A stretch of 64,000 nt of DNA from a virus (IMGVR_UViG_3300035698_019747:64001-128000), one strand, 5' to 3'. Positions 51,399-61,472 are shown, counted from the first letter of the stretch. The notes: generated by a model from the letters alone, not told the origin. Program-made: numbers and translations.

Positions 51399-51472
51399 TA
51401 TAGTAGGTGGGATTCGAACCCACGTGCTCCACATCCCAAATGTGGCGAGATAAACCTCTCCTCTACTACTAT
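51399..51472 (-). tRNA. tRNA-Pro(UGG), G37 but A1-U72
   Basis: ATAGTAG/CTACTAT-A, CCACA-TTTGGGA-TGTGG, GGTTCGAATCC. Confidence 0.88.
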
Positions 51473-51481
51473 ATGTATTTG

Positions 51482-51552
51482 TTGGGCTAACAGGACTCGA
51501 ACCTATAATCACTCCTTCAAAGGGAGCTGTTATGCCATTTAACTATAGCCCA
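51482..51552 (-). tRNA. tRNA-Gln(UUG)
   Basis: TGGGCTA/TAGCCCA, GCTCC-CTTTGAA-GGAGT, GGTTCGAGTCC. Confidence 0.93.
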
Positions 51553-51554
51553 AT

Positions 51555-51585
51555 AAAAAACCCACTCGGTTATGAGCGGGTTTTT
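51555..51585 (-). terminator. Second terminator of the Gln/Pro/Trp tRNA attenuator
   Basis: AAAAACCCGCTC-ATAACC-GAGTGGGTTTTTT on the minus strand. Confidence 0.85.
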
Positions 51586-51604
51586 CTGTTATATATTGTA
51601 TATA

Positions 51605-51637
51605 ACAGAAAAGTCCTCTCATAAATGAGAGGACTTT
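51605..51637 (-). terminator. First terminator of the Gln/Pro/Trp tRNA attenuator
   Basis: AAAGTCCTCTCAT/ATGAGAGGACTTT followed by TCTGTT. Confidence 0.75.
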
Positions 51638-51658
51638 GCTTTAAAAGTTTTAAAAATC

Positions 51659-51742
51659 TCAAGCAATAGTCTCCCATCCGAATAATCTCGGTTGCGGTTG
51701 CCATTGCTGGTTGATAGTGATATTTAAAACTAAATTTTTCAT
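51659..51742 (-). CDS. Gln/Trp/Pro attenuator leader peptide MKNLVLNITINQQWQPQPRLFGWETIA
   Basis: Run CAG CAA TGG CAA CCG CAA CCG directly upstream of the tRNA-Gln/Pro/Pro/Pro/Trp cluster; N-terminus resembles the Leu/Ile leader. Confidence 0.88.
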   Translation of the reverse strand: MKNLVLNITINQQWQPQPRLFGWETIA

Positions 51743-51810
51743 TACTGTATATATATTATTTTTGTTGTTCCTTTCTTAATTATAGTGCAAATATATGAAA
51801 AAGTTTTATA

Positions 51811-52182
51811 TTATCTGCTAATAAATCTAAAATTTTTGAAATTTATGTAATATGGTGCTTTTTGTGTCTTATATTCCCCATCTAAATCTAAAAAGTGATA
51901 TAACCCTGTCTTATTCATTACTTGACATACAGGGATGTTACTTGAAAAATTACCACCAAAAAAGAAATGTACACCACCCAATTTATCACTCATGTTAATT
52001 CTATTTGATATGGAATATATGTTACCCAACTCACTGATGATAAAATCACCCACAGATATATTTTTAACCCATTCTTTCTGTATATTTTTATTAAATACAC
52101 ATTCTATAATATGTTGTTTAGATAACCCTAAGAATTCCTCAGGTAAGTGTTTTATTAAATATTCCCTATTAAATGTTGTCAT
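51811..52182 (-). CDS. Hypothetical protein
   Basis: ORF. Confidence 0.65.
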   Translation of the reverse strand: MTTFNREYLIKHLPEEFLGLSKQHIIECVFNKNIQKEWVKNISVGDFIISELGNIYSISNRINMSDKLGGVHFFFGGNFSSNIPVCQVMNKTGLYHFLDLDGEYKTQKAPYYINFKNFRFISR

Positions 52183-52234
52183 AATATATGTAATTTTATT
52201 ATGTTATATATGTAATAAATATGTTAAAGTTTAC

Positions 52235-54991
52235 TTATTTGTATATAACATACATATTATCTAAATCATCATCTTCGTAATTATACTCTATAAAATCATT
52301 GATACCTAATTGACCATAGTAATCTGAACCTATAATATATTCAGCTAACTCTTTTTCATATATATAATTAGTTAAAATGTTGGCTATTTCCACATCATCA
52401 AAACCCTGATCACTAAGATGATATTTTGAATCAGTAGTGGCACTTTCTATTTCCTCATTATATAACTCCTCTGCCTTTTCATCAATATCACTATCTGAGT
52501 ATTCCATATATTCAGAATCATCATCCTCTATTTTCTCTATTTCCTCATCAATCTCTTCAATATTATTTAGTATTTCAGATATATGTTCTTTATATTTAGT
52601 TACCTCAGAAGTTATATTATCTTCTAATTTTTTCAGAATAGTATTTAACCTATTCTTTCTATCTAAATCCTCACTATTTATTATAAGATTTTTTATTTTA
52701 TCTTTTTTTGAATTTAAATCCATATTAAGTGAAGCAATAGTATCTTTAAGTGATTCATTATTTTTAACAAAATCACTTCTTCTTATATTTAAATCCCCAC
52801 ACCTTTGCTCACCCTCTTCTGTTAGTGTTTTTTCTATATTATTATTACTTGGGTCTAATTTTATTTCTTCTACAAAATCCAATTCACTTCTCACATGTTC
52901 ATTAGCGAAACGTTCGCCATTAATACAATATTGAGGTATAAATTCTGGGAGGTGACCACTTTCTATTTGAGATAATACAGAATTCATAGCAGCCTCTTCT
53001 ATATCATCATATAAAATAACATTCCATGTTTTACCTGCTTCATCAACTTCTATATGTATTCTATAAAAAAGTTCAAACTCATAGTCATTTTCAACAACAT
53101 TTTTAAGTAATAAATACTTTCTATAATCACCACTTTCATAATCACCTTCATCTAATTCACCATTCTCATAGAGATACTTAAATAATGGTTTAGCATATTC
53201 ATCACCATTATACTTAGAATAATTATCATCACTATACTTATATTTTGATTGAACAACCCTATCTATTAGTTCCTGATAAGTCTTATTGGACATTGATCTT
53301 AATAAATGTGAAATAGTTTTATATTCAGATGGTATATCCTCAATTGAATTACCTGTTATAAACCCATTACCATCAATATTATGCATATAGAAATCATTAA
53401 AACCTGTTGATATTTTAATGTCTGATATTAAAAAAGGGTCAAAATAATCCCTAGAAGAGTCAAATATAATATAATAATAGAATTTGTTAATTTCTTGTGA
53501 ACCATTACTTGAAATAAAATATTCTGATAGATTATAAGTCTTGGTAGATATGTTTCTAAAAGCATCTACTCTTCTTGTATTATAATTAATTGGATCTTTA
53601 ATAATAAATTCAAATAGGTATATATCACCTACCTTACTAGAGGTTATATCTAAACCTTGTTGTTGTAGGTCTGAATTATATAATTCTTCAATTTCATTTT
53701 TTAAATCTACTTCTATTTTCATATATTTTTCAGTTATATCCTTAGCTTTTAATATATCCTTATTATTGACTATAATGTCTATAATATACTTATCAGGAAT
53801 AGTAGTATCAAAATTTGTCAAATTCTGATCAGAAAACTCATTATATGACACACCATTATATATATACATCTTTATTTTATATTGAAATCCTTTCTGATTT
53901 ACATTTTTGGAAAAATCATATATTATATAGAAATTATAATCACCCACTTCATCACCACCATAACTAAATGGGTTAACAGTATTGAATTTATGTATATTAA
54001 ACTGTTTTTCATTACTTACCCCTAAGCACATTATATCTGGATTATTAGAAACCTTTAATTGTTCCCCACTATCACCTTTTATTAACCCATTCTTAAACTC
54101 AAGTGTTGTCATACCAAAATTTAAGTCATCTAACATATTAATGACGTTATCTGGTAAATTATCAGATAAATTATCATCATTTTTATTATGTATATTAGTA
54201 ATCATACCCATATCATTTGTGGTAAAACCAACTAGGTGTAGGTTATCATATATTTCTAAGCTATAATCCCATATAAAAAATTGTCTTTTAAAACCACTTG
54301 TGTGATTATTGAATGAAGAATTACTTGTTACTATACACCATGATGAAGCACCTAATTTAACGGATGCATCATAGTCAGTTATCTCTGCTAATATGAGACC
54401 ATCATCAATGTTTTGATGCATAAGTTTAGCACCATCTAGTTCAGTTATATCCTTTATAGTTTTTGGATAAGACTTATCACTGTTCTTAGTGATAAAATCT
54501 TTGAGGTAATCTAATATACTACCCCTTGTTTTAAACTTTGATATTTTAACAGACAACTGTTTTAATAAACCCATTGAATGTAGTTCAATAGATATGTTTC
54601 TGAAATCATTATCCTTTATATCAATTAAATTCTTTTGTTCCCTAGGTAATATATTATAAACTTTTTTGATACGGTTGTTATTATCTATTGTATTTATTTC
54701 ATCCTTTAACAATTCAAAGCTATTATACTTTAATGGCTCTTTACTAAGTAATGAAGAATGTTCTTTTAACCATTTTAAGAGATCAACTATTTCGTCCATT
54801 GACACTTCCTGAGTAAACATATACTTAGTCATTAAACCTAAGTAATTAATATTTTTAAATATTTTAATGTTGTTTTTTTTCAACTCTACATAAGAAGGGT
54901 TGTTTATACTAATACCATCTTTTTTTAAAATAGCTAAGGCTTGTTGCTTATTTTCTAATATCTTTTTACTAAATTTTCTGATGAATTGCAT
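52235..54991 (-). CDS. Large protein with capsid-targeting-like N-terminus, G-x-x-x-WCI domain and C-terminal coiled coil
   Basis: MQFIRKFSKKILE; ASVKLGASSWCI...FNNH...QFFIWD...IHNKNDD, shared with ORF 61473-63209. Confidence 0.7.
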   Translation of the reverse strand: MQFIRKFSKKILENKQQALAILKKDGISINNPSYVELKKNNIKIFKNINYLGLMTKYMFTQEVSMDEIVDLLKWLKEHSSLLSKEPLKYNSFELLKDEINTIDNNNRIKKVYNILPREQKNLIDIKDNDFRNISIELHSMGLLKQLSVKISKFKTRGSILDYLKDFITKNSDKSYPKTIKDITELDGAKLMHQNIDDGLILAEITDYDASVKLGASSWCIVTSNSSFNNHTSGFKRQFFIWDYSLEIYDNLHLVGFTTNDMGMITNIHNKNDDNLSDNLPDNVINMLDDLNFGMTTLEFKNGLIKGDSGEQLKVSNNPDIMCLGVSNEKQFNIHKFNTVNPFSYGGDEVGDYNFYIIYDFSKNVNQKGFQYKIKMYIYNGVSYNEFSDQNLTNFDTTIPDKYIIDIIVNNKDILKAKDITEKYMKIEVDLKNEIEELYNSDLQQQGLDITSSKVGDIYLFEFIIKDPINYNTRRVDAFRNISTKTYNLSEYFISSNGSQEINKFYYYIIFDSSRDYFDPFLISDIKISTGFNDFYMHNIDGNGFITGNSIEDIPSEYKTISHLLRSMSNKTYQELIDRVVQSKYKYSDDNYSKYNGDEYAKPLFKYLYENGELDEGDYESGDYRKYLLLKNVVENDYEFELFYRIHIEVDEAGKTWNVILYDDIEEAAMNSVLSQIESGHLPEFIPQYCINGERFANEHVRSELDFVEEIKLDPSNNNIEKTLTEEGEQRCGDLNIRRSDFVKNNESLKDTIASLNMDLNSKKDKIKNLIINSEDLDRKNRLNTILKKLEDNITSEVTKYKEHISEILNNIEEIDEEIEKIEDDDSEYMEYSDSDIDEKAEELYNEEIESATTDSKYHLSDQGFDDVEIANILTNYIYEKELAEYIIGSDYYGQLGINDFIEYNYEDDDLDNMYVIYK

Positions 54992-55063
54992 ATACAGATG
55001 TCTTTTATTTATAATATATTCTATATATTAAATAAATCTACATTTCTTTGGTAGTATTATAAT

Positions 55064-55309
55064 TTACTTTTTATACATAAATTTCTCAATATCAATAAAA
55101 TCCCCTTCTGTCTCTATTCCGTTCATATCTTCACCATAATATAAACCATCTTCTATTTTATTTATTTTAATATATTCTCCATTTTTAAGGATAGCATTTA
55201 CATGTTTATTTTCACTATAGCTTGATAGATAAGTAGTTGCATCCTTATATGCCTTGTTATGACCATATATGCTTTTCGAAAATTCCCAGAATTCCAATAA
55301 AATATTCAT
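55064..55309 (-). CDS. Hypothetical protein
   Basis: ORF. Confidence 0.6.
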   Translation of the reverse strand: MNILLEFWEFSKSIYGHNKAYKDATTYLSSYSENKHVNAILKNGEYIKINKIEDGLYYGEDMNGIETEGDFIDIEKFMYKK

Positions 55310-55385
55310 ATTTATTTAAACTTTTTAATTTACTATCTATATATAAAAAAGTTACTTGAAATGGATACGTTAAGCTAAATTATTT

Positions 55386-55413
55386 TAAACTTTTATCAAA
55401 CCAAGTAATATAA
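55386..55413 (+). promoter_or_regulatory. Bipartite TAAAC-N14/15-xxATATAA promoter (representative copy, upstream of SSB)
   Basis: Similar spacing at 38521, 40573, 42060, 43100, 48623, 61045 and on the minus strand at 458, 11984, 16078. Confidence 0.7.
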
Positions 55414-55472
55414 TAATAAGAATAGCTTAACAAACAAAAGTTAGCAAAAATAAAAATAAAAAAAGCAAAATT

Positions 55473-56579
55473 ATGATGAACAGAGAACTATTTAACGATG
55501 AAGCGTTAGAACAAAAATCAACTTACGAAAGTAACGCGAACGAAAGAGGTCTAGACGGTCTATACCGTGTTGACCTATCAAAAATAAAACCTGAACATAA
55601 AAAAAGAGGATATAAGGCTAGACTTAGACTATTATCTAATATTTCTTCAAATCGGGATTATTTCCAAGCATTTATGGGAGATAATTATAATGAAGATGCT
55701 GAGGTAGCAATGGGACCATCTTTTTATAGAAAAATTACTCACTTCTTAGATATTAAGAAAGATGAACTAAGTCACCTAAGAGGGTACTATGATGACCCAA
55801 GTAACATCAACCCATTAACTGGTACTAGATTTGGTTCTGCTAAATTTGGACCATTAGCAACTACTTACTTTAACTTAAATAAGTCCAAAAATGCTTTAGA
55901 GCAAAGTAGAGCAGCTATGATTAAGTATCAGAACAAATACTTCTCTTATGTTCTAGTAATAGAAGATGAACAACAACCAGAATTAGAAGGCAAAATTATG
56001 ATCTTCTCATATGGTAACCAAATTATGAGTATCATTGATGATGAGAAAGATGGGAATATCACTGGTGAAAAATGTATCGTTTTTAGCCCAGAAACTGGTA
56101 AAGATTTAATCTTACTAGCTAAAGAAAATTCATTTACTAATGATAATGGTAAAGATGTTATTGCACCAGAATATACGAAATCAACTTTTGTTGAAAGAAG
56201 TGCGATAAAAATTCGTAACAAGGATGGTGACCTTAAAGAATTACCACTTGATGAAAATGGTAAACTATCAGATGCACATTGGGAAAAATATGTCGCATTT
56301 CTATTAGAAAGAGATGTTCAATTAGAGGATTGGGCCGGTAAAGCTTGGACTGAAGATCAACAAATTAAAGTGAGTGATGCAATTAACTACTTTACTGGAA
56401 AAACACCAACAAGTTCAGTACCTACTTCTAGTGAAAGTGTAGTTGAAGACTTCTCTTTTGATAAAGGATCTAGTAATGATGGTTTTGATGACGAAGATTT
56501 CAGTGATAGTGACTCTAACGAAAAATCAAGTACCGCAGATGAATTTGATGACTTTGATGATATTGATGATGACTTTTAA
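55473..56579 (+). CDS. Single-stranded DNA-binding protein (T4 gp32-like)
   Basis: YKARLRLL, YFSYVLVIEDEQQPELEGKIMIFSYG, GKDL.L, PEY.KS.F, long acidic tail ending DDIDDDF. Confidence 0.85.
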   Translation: MMNRELFNDEALEQKSTYESNANERGLDGLYRVDLSKIKPEHKKRGYKARLRLLSNISSNRDYFQAFMGDNYNEDAEVAMGPSFYRKITHFLDIKKDELSHLRGYYDDPSNINPLTGTRFGSAKFGPLATTYFNLNKSKNALEQSRAAMIKYQNKYFSYVLVIEDEQQPELEGKIMIFSYGNQIMSIIDDEKDGNITGEKCIVFSPETGKDLILLAKENSFTNDNGKDVIAPEYTKSTFVERSAIKIRNKDGDLKELPLDENGKLSDAHWEKYVAFLLERDVQLEDWAGKAWTEDQQIKVSDAINYFTGKTPTSSVPTSSESVVEDFSFDKGSSNDGFDDEDFSDSDSNEKSSTADEFDDFDDIDDDF

Positions 56580-56597
56580 TAAAGTAAAATATGAAAT

Positions 56598-56635
56598 AAA
56601 AAAGGAAATAGACAGTTTGTCTATTTCCTTTTTTT
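56598..56635 (+). terminator. Intrinsic terminator
   Basis: AAAGGAAATAGACA/TGTCTATTTCCTTT plus T tract. Confidence 0.85.
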
Positions 56636-56718
56636 GTTAAAAATGTAAAAAAAATATCATAATATTTTATATAACATGGAGATGGGTTTAGATTATATAT
56701 AAAAAAACACAAGTAGAT

Positions 56719-57642
<924 letters not shown>

Positions 57643-57655
57643 TATTTTATATAAT

Positions 57656-58033
57656 ATGATAAATAAAAAGTACCTAGAACAAGCAGCTAGAATCCGAAAG
57701 GATTTTATAAATATAAATAGTGATTTAGAAATAGTTTCTACTGAATTATTTTCCCTAAAAGATAGATTGGAAAAATATAAGACAGACCTTAAATCACTTA
57801 CGGATGATCCTGATATAAGCAATGATGTTTTAAATTCTAACGCTATGGATATTTTAAATGATATGGCACGCGAACAAGATACTATAAACAATATTTATAA
57901 ACCCATTAATGAAAAGATGGAGAACCTTAAAAAAGAGGAAATTGAGTTATTTTCTAATTTGAAAAAAGAATATCCTAGCTTGTCTGACACAGAACTAGTA
58001 AAAAAAATTACTAATTTTATCGGGGGGATGTAA
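57656..58033 (+). CDS. Coiled-coil hypothetical protein
   Basis: Likely start MINKKYL. Confidence 0.7.
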   Translation: MINKKYLEQAARIRKDFININSDLEIVSTELFSLKDRLEKYKTDLKSLTDDPDISNDVLNSNAMDILNDMAREQDTINNIYKPINEKMENLKKEEIELFSNLKKEYPSLSDTELVKKITNFIGGM

Positions 58034-58046
58034 ATATTCATTATAT

Positions 58047-58445
58047 TTGGAAAAAATTATTATGAACAATACCACATCATTGCACGGATATATAACTTAT
58101 AAATATGTAGGAAATCACTTAGTTCCTGTACTAGTAGATGCTAGTGGATACATAATAGTTATCGCATATAAGATACAAGAAATTATTTTAAATAATAGTG
58201 ACTCAAAATTATCATTTAAATACATGATAACCGATGGGATATCAACAGAATCTATTTTAAGTAAAGGTTCTACTCCAATGCTTTCTGATAGTAAAATAGA
58301 TATATATTTTGATAAATATGATATTGATTATGGGGAATATAATGATACTGATTATGTTAACACCATGGTTTTAGGTGATTTGGATTTATGTAAGGTACTT
58401 TCTGATAATAATGGACATTTTATGCATTTATGCATATCTCTTTGA
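58047..58445 (+). CDS. Hypothetical protein
   Basis: ORF. Confidence 0.6.
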   Translation: MEKIIMNNTTSLHGYITYKYVGNHLVPVLVDASGYIIVIAYKIQEIILNNSDSKLSFKYMITDGISTESILSKGSTPMLSDSKIDIYFDKYDIDYGEYNDTDYVNTMVLGDLDLCKVLSDNNGHFMHLCISL

Positions 58446-58453
58446 ATATTAAA

Positions 58454-58693
58454 TTAAAGTTTAATGCTTTCTGATAGACCTATCTTTGTTCTGATATTAT
58501 CCTTAATAGAGTCTCTTATATTATTTAGTTCCCCCTCTGGTAAATCATATTTACTCATTATATCGTCTTGCTGACTAACAAAGTCTCTTATCTGATCTAC
58601 ATCTGGTACGGTGTCTATTTCTTGCATGAATTCATCAAAGTTTTCTTTAATAACTTTATATACTGCGTAAGTTTCAAATTTAAAAGTTTTCAT
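58454..58693 (-). CDS. Hypothetical protein with capsid-targeting-like N-terminus
   Basis: MKTFKFE; TTAATATATA at 58723-58714. Confidence 0.65.
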   Translation of the reverse strand: MKTFKFETYAVYKVIKENFDEFMQEIDTVPDVDQIRDFVSQQDDIMSKYDLPEGELNNIRDSIKDNIRTKIGLSESIKL

Positions 58694-58748
58694 AAATTGG
58701 ACTATATTTTCTTTATATATTAAATATTTTTATTATATTTGCACTGTT

Positions 58749-58901
58749 ATGAAGGTAGAAAAAGCACAAATATATAAAACCATGCGCAAAGTTAGTAGAG
58801 AAATCTACCTAGATAAACCATATATAAAGGGTGGTGCTCATGTTAATTATAAGAAGTATACTAGAAAATTAAAACATAAAATTGATCAAAATGAACGATA
58901 G
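58749..58901 (+). CDS. Small basic protein, ArfA-like candidate (50 aa, not in the ORF track)
   Basis: MKVEKAQIYKTMRKVSREIYLDKPYIKGGAHVNYKKYTRKLKHKIDQNER; TATATTTG at 58734. Confidence 0.6.
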   Translation: MKVEKAQIYKTMRKVSREIYLDKPYIKGGAHVNYKKYTRKLKHKIDQNER

Positions 58902-59175
58902 AATTAGAGATTTACAACGTGAAATTGAACGCGAACAATCAAATATAGATAATTGTAATCATAGTTGGGGAAAGCCATATAGCAACCCCGAAACAAAACG
59001 TGAACCATATGGATATAAGTTAGTTGGACATGGCAGTGACGTTTCGTATGAGTCAGAAGGATATAGGGATGTAAATGTCCCTAGATGGACAAGAGATTGT
59101 ACTATATGTGGTCACAGTGAACACACACATAGCACTGAAGCAGTTATTAAAGAACATCGCCCTAAATTCGGCTAG
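58891..59175 (+). CDS. Zn-ribbon hypothetical protein
   Basis: CNHSW...CTICG. Confidence 0.7.
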   Translation: MNDRIRDLQREIEREQSNIDNCNHSWGKPYSNPETKREPYGYKLVGHGSDVSYESEGYRDVNVPRWTRDCTICGHSEHTHSTEAVIKEHRPKFG

Positions 59176-59177
59176 AT

Positions 59178-59651
59178 ATGAGAATAACTATACTGAACAG
59201 AAAGAAGTTTAAAGAGTTGATGATAAGTAGAAATATAACACCTTCCAATGTTAATGGTCAGGAAAATAAAAATACTTACCTTATATCAATTAACAATACA
59301 CACACTCAACATACATACTCTTATTTTGAAGAAGTATATGCCTCTAATCTACTCAAATTATATTTTGATGATGTAACATATAATGCATCAGGTAATGTCT
59401 TATTTGACTCTAAAATGGCTAAAGAAGTACTTAGGTTTGCTAATTTTATTAAATTAAATGAAACAGATAATACAGAGATTATCATACACTGTAGTGCAGG
59501 TATTAATAGAAGTGGTAGTATTGGTAAATTCTTATCCGATTTCTTCATTTATACATATGATCGGTTAATGTTAGAGAACCCTCAAATTATGGGTAACTCA
59601 GTAGTTAATAACCTACTATACAGAGAATGGGTTTATTATGATTATGATTAA
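59178..59651 (+). CDS. Cys-based (PTP/dual-specificity) phosphatase
   Basis: LISI, L.FDDV, IIHCSAGINRS (HCxxGxxR). Confidence 0.88.
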   Translation: MRITILNRKKFKELMISRNITPSNVNGQENKNTYLISINNTHTQHTYSYFEEVYASNLLKLYFDDVTYNASGNVLFDSKMAKEVLRFANFIKLNETDNTEIIIHCSAGINRSGSIGKFLSDFFIYTYDRLMLENPQIMGNSVVNNLLYREWVYYDYD

Positions 59652-59659
59652 AATAAAAT

Positions 59660-59904
59660 ATGGAAAAATAAAAAGACGAACAATTAGATAAAAAACTATT
59701 TAAAAGTGGGTCACATCTTATGAGTAAATGTAAAGTATTTGATAACCAATCTTAGATGAAAAAAGGAGATATTGGTAATAATTAATGCTGTTACATTGAG
59801 TCTACCATACTAAAAATATATCAAAAGCATATAGGTCTATTGATTTAAGGGATGCTATTATGGTAAATAATCTAGAAAAAGTTGAAGAGATATTAAGGGG
59901 TTAG
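59660..59904 (+). pseudogene. Decayed gene remnant
   Basis: Coding-like fragments (...AYRSIDLRDAIMVNNLEKVEEILRG*) interrupted by stops/frameshifts. Confidence 0.4.
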
Positions 59905-59926
59905 TTATTTAACTAACCCCTTAATA
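59891..59926. terminator. Hairpin/terminator between convergent genes
   Basis: TATTAAGGGGTTAGTT/AACTAACCCCTTAATA perfect inverted repeat. Confidence 0.8.
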
Positions 59927-59935
59927 TTTAATATA

Positions 59936-61018
59936 TTATTTTTTGAATCCAACTTTTGTTTCCTCTTTTTCCTCTTCCCCCTCGTTATATATATCTGATA
60001 ATCTCAAATTAAGCCCTCTACCATCCTTTCCTAAAGATTCTAATAGTCTATCTGCTTTGTCTGATTTCAACCCCTTAAACTCAAACTCATTTAATAACCT
60101 ACCCTTTCTAGTTAATGCTTTATCAATATTATTTCTGTTTGTATTAAATGTACAAATTATCTGAAATTTTAGACAATCACCCATTATACCATCGGTGATA
60201 TTTAATAGGTTACTGACACCCTGATCACCACCACCTGTTCTCTCCATAATAACGTTCTCCGCATCTTCTATTATAATAACGCTATTCGGATACCTCATAA
60301 AGAATGGAATCATATCTGGTTCAGATATTCTGCTAGAAAGAGAGGGTGGTACAAATATTAACCTTTTATTAATATTTCTAATTAAGTGTCTTAAAAATGT
60401 GGTCTTACCTGTCCCATGTGTACCATGGAATAAATATAAACCTATTTTATCAGAATTTAGATTTTCAACTAACTTGTCATAACCATCCACTAAGTCTTGA
60501 TTATAATTTGTATCAATATTTAGTTCTTTATACTTATCATCAATTTTAAAATCGGTTAAGTAAAACCCATTTGAAAAAGATAAAATAAATACCGAATTAT
60601 CATTTACTTCATCAGTATACTTATCATAAATTTCCTTTATAATGTCTTTAAATTCATCACATATAGGGGTTTCCGAATATATATCAATACACCCTGAACT
60701 AGGACTACTGAAATTAATAACTATTTTATTTTTAATATCAACCATTATAGTTGATCCCTCCACCTCGGTCATAATCAAACTATCCTCAGTATCCATTTCC
60801 CCTTTATCTGTATAGTTACTATAACTAGACCTATTCTGTATTAGGGTTAAATCGAACTTTCCCATAAATGTTTCCACTAATACGTCATATGCAGTTTTGG
60901 GTATATCAAATACTGTCCATTGGTATTTATTTATCACATTAAAATTATCATAGAAAGCAACCTCTGATAATGATTTCATATTCAATACATGTTCCTTATA
61001 AATATCTTTTTCTTTCAT
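59936..61018 (-). CDS. AAA+ ATPase
   Basis: LFHGTHGTGKT, IIIEDAE, LLNITDG, TFN, DKALTRKGRL. Confidence 0.9.
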   Translation of the reverse strand: MKEKDIYKEHVLNMKSLSEVAFYDNFNVINKYQWTVFDIPKTAYDVLVETFMGKFDLTLIQNRSSYSNYTDKGEMDTEDSLIMTEVEGSTIMVDIKNKIVINFSSPSSGCIDIYSETPICDEFKDIIKEIYDKYTDEVNDNSVFILSFSNGFYLTDFKIDDKYKELNIDTNYNQDLVDGYDKLVENLNSDKIGLYLFHGTHGTGKTTFLRHLIRNINKRLIFVPPSLSSRISEPDMIPFFMRYPNSVIIIEDAENVIMERTGGGDQGVSNLLNITDGIMGDCLKFQIICTFNTNRNNIDKALTRKGRLLNEFEFKGLKSDKADRLLESLGKDGRGLNLRLSDIYNEGEEEKEETKVGFKK

Positions 61019-61091
61019 ATATAACTAATCTTTTTTATTTATACTAAACAAATTTATAAATGTTTTATATAAATAAAAAGTTTTTACATAT

Positions 61092-61463
61092 ATGAAAGGA
61101 AAAATTATACTAATTGATTGTGATGGAACTATTTGTGATGATATTAAAAATGAAGATTCACATTTATATGCTACTGCTGACCATTATCCAGATGCACTTA
61201 AAACTATAAATGAGTGGTATGATAATGGTGCACATATTACCTTTTTCACAGCAAGGGAAGCAAAAGATAGAGAAGTCACTATTAAGTGGTTAGATGAAAA
61301 TGGATTTAAATATAATGGTCTCATCACAGATAAACCCAGGTGTAATAACGATGATGATGAATATATTTGGATAGATAATAGAAAGGTTAGAGGTATAACA
61401 TATAAGACTAAATGGGGAAACCTAGAAAAAACAACTAAAGAGATATTTACTTTTGGGGATTAA
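61092..61463 (+). CDS. Small HAD-family phosphatase
   Basis: IDCDGTI, FTAR, WL, KP, WIDN. Confidence 0.88.
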   Translation: MKGKIILIDCDGTICDDIKNEDSHLYATADHYPDALKTINEWYDNGAHITFFTAREAKDREVTIKWLDENGFKYNGLITDKPRCNNDDDEYIWIDNRKVRGITYKTKWGNLEKTTKEIFTFGD

Positions 61464-61472
61464 ATTCCAATA

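Noticed and set aside
51555-51742. T-box riboswitch upstream of the tRNA clusters
   Set aside because: No T-box AGGGTGGNACCGCG consensus or stem I motifs seen; leader-peptide attenuation explains the layout better
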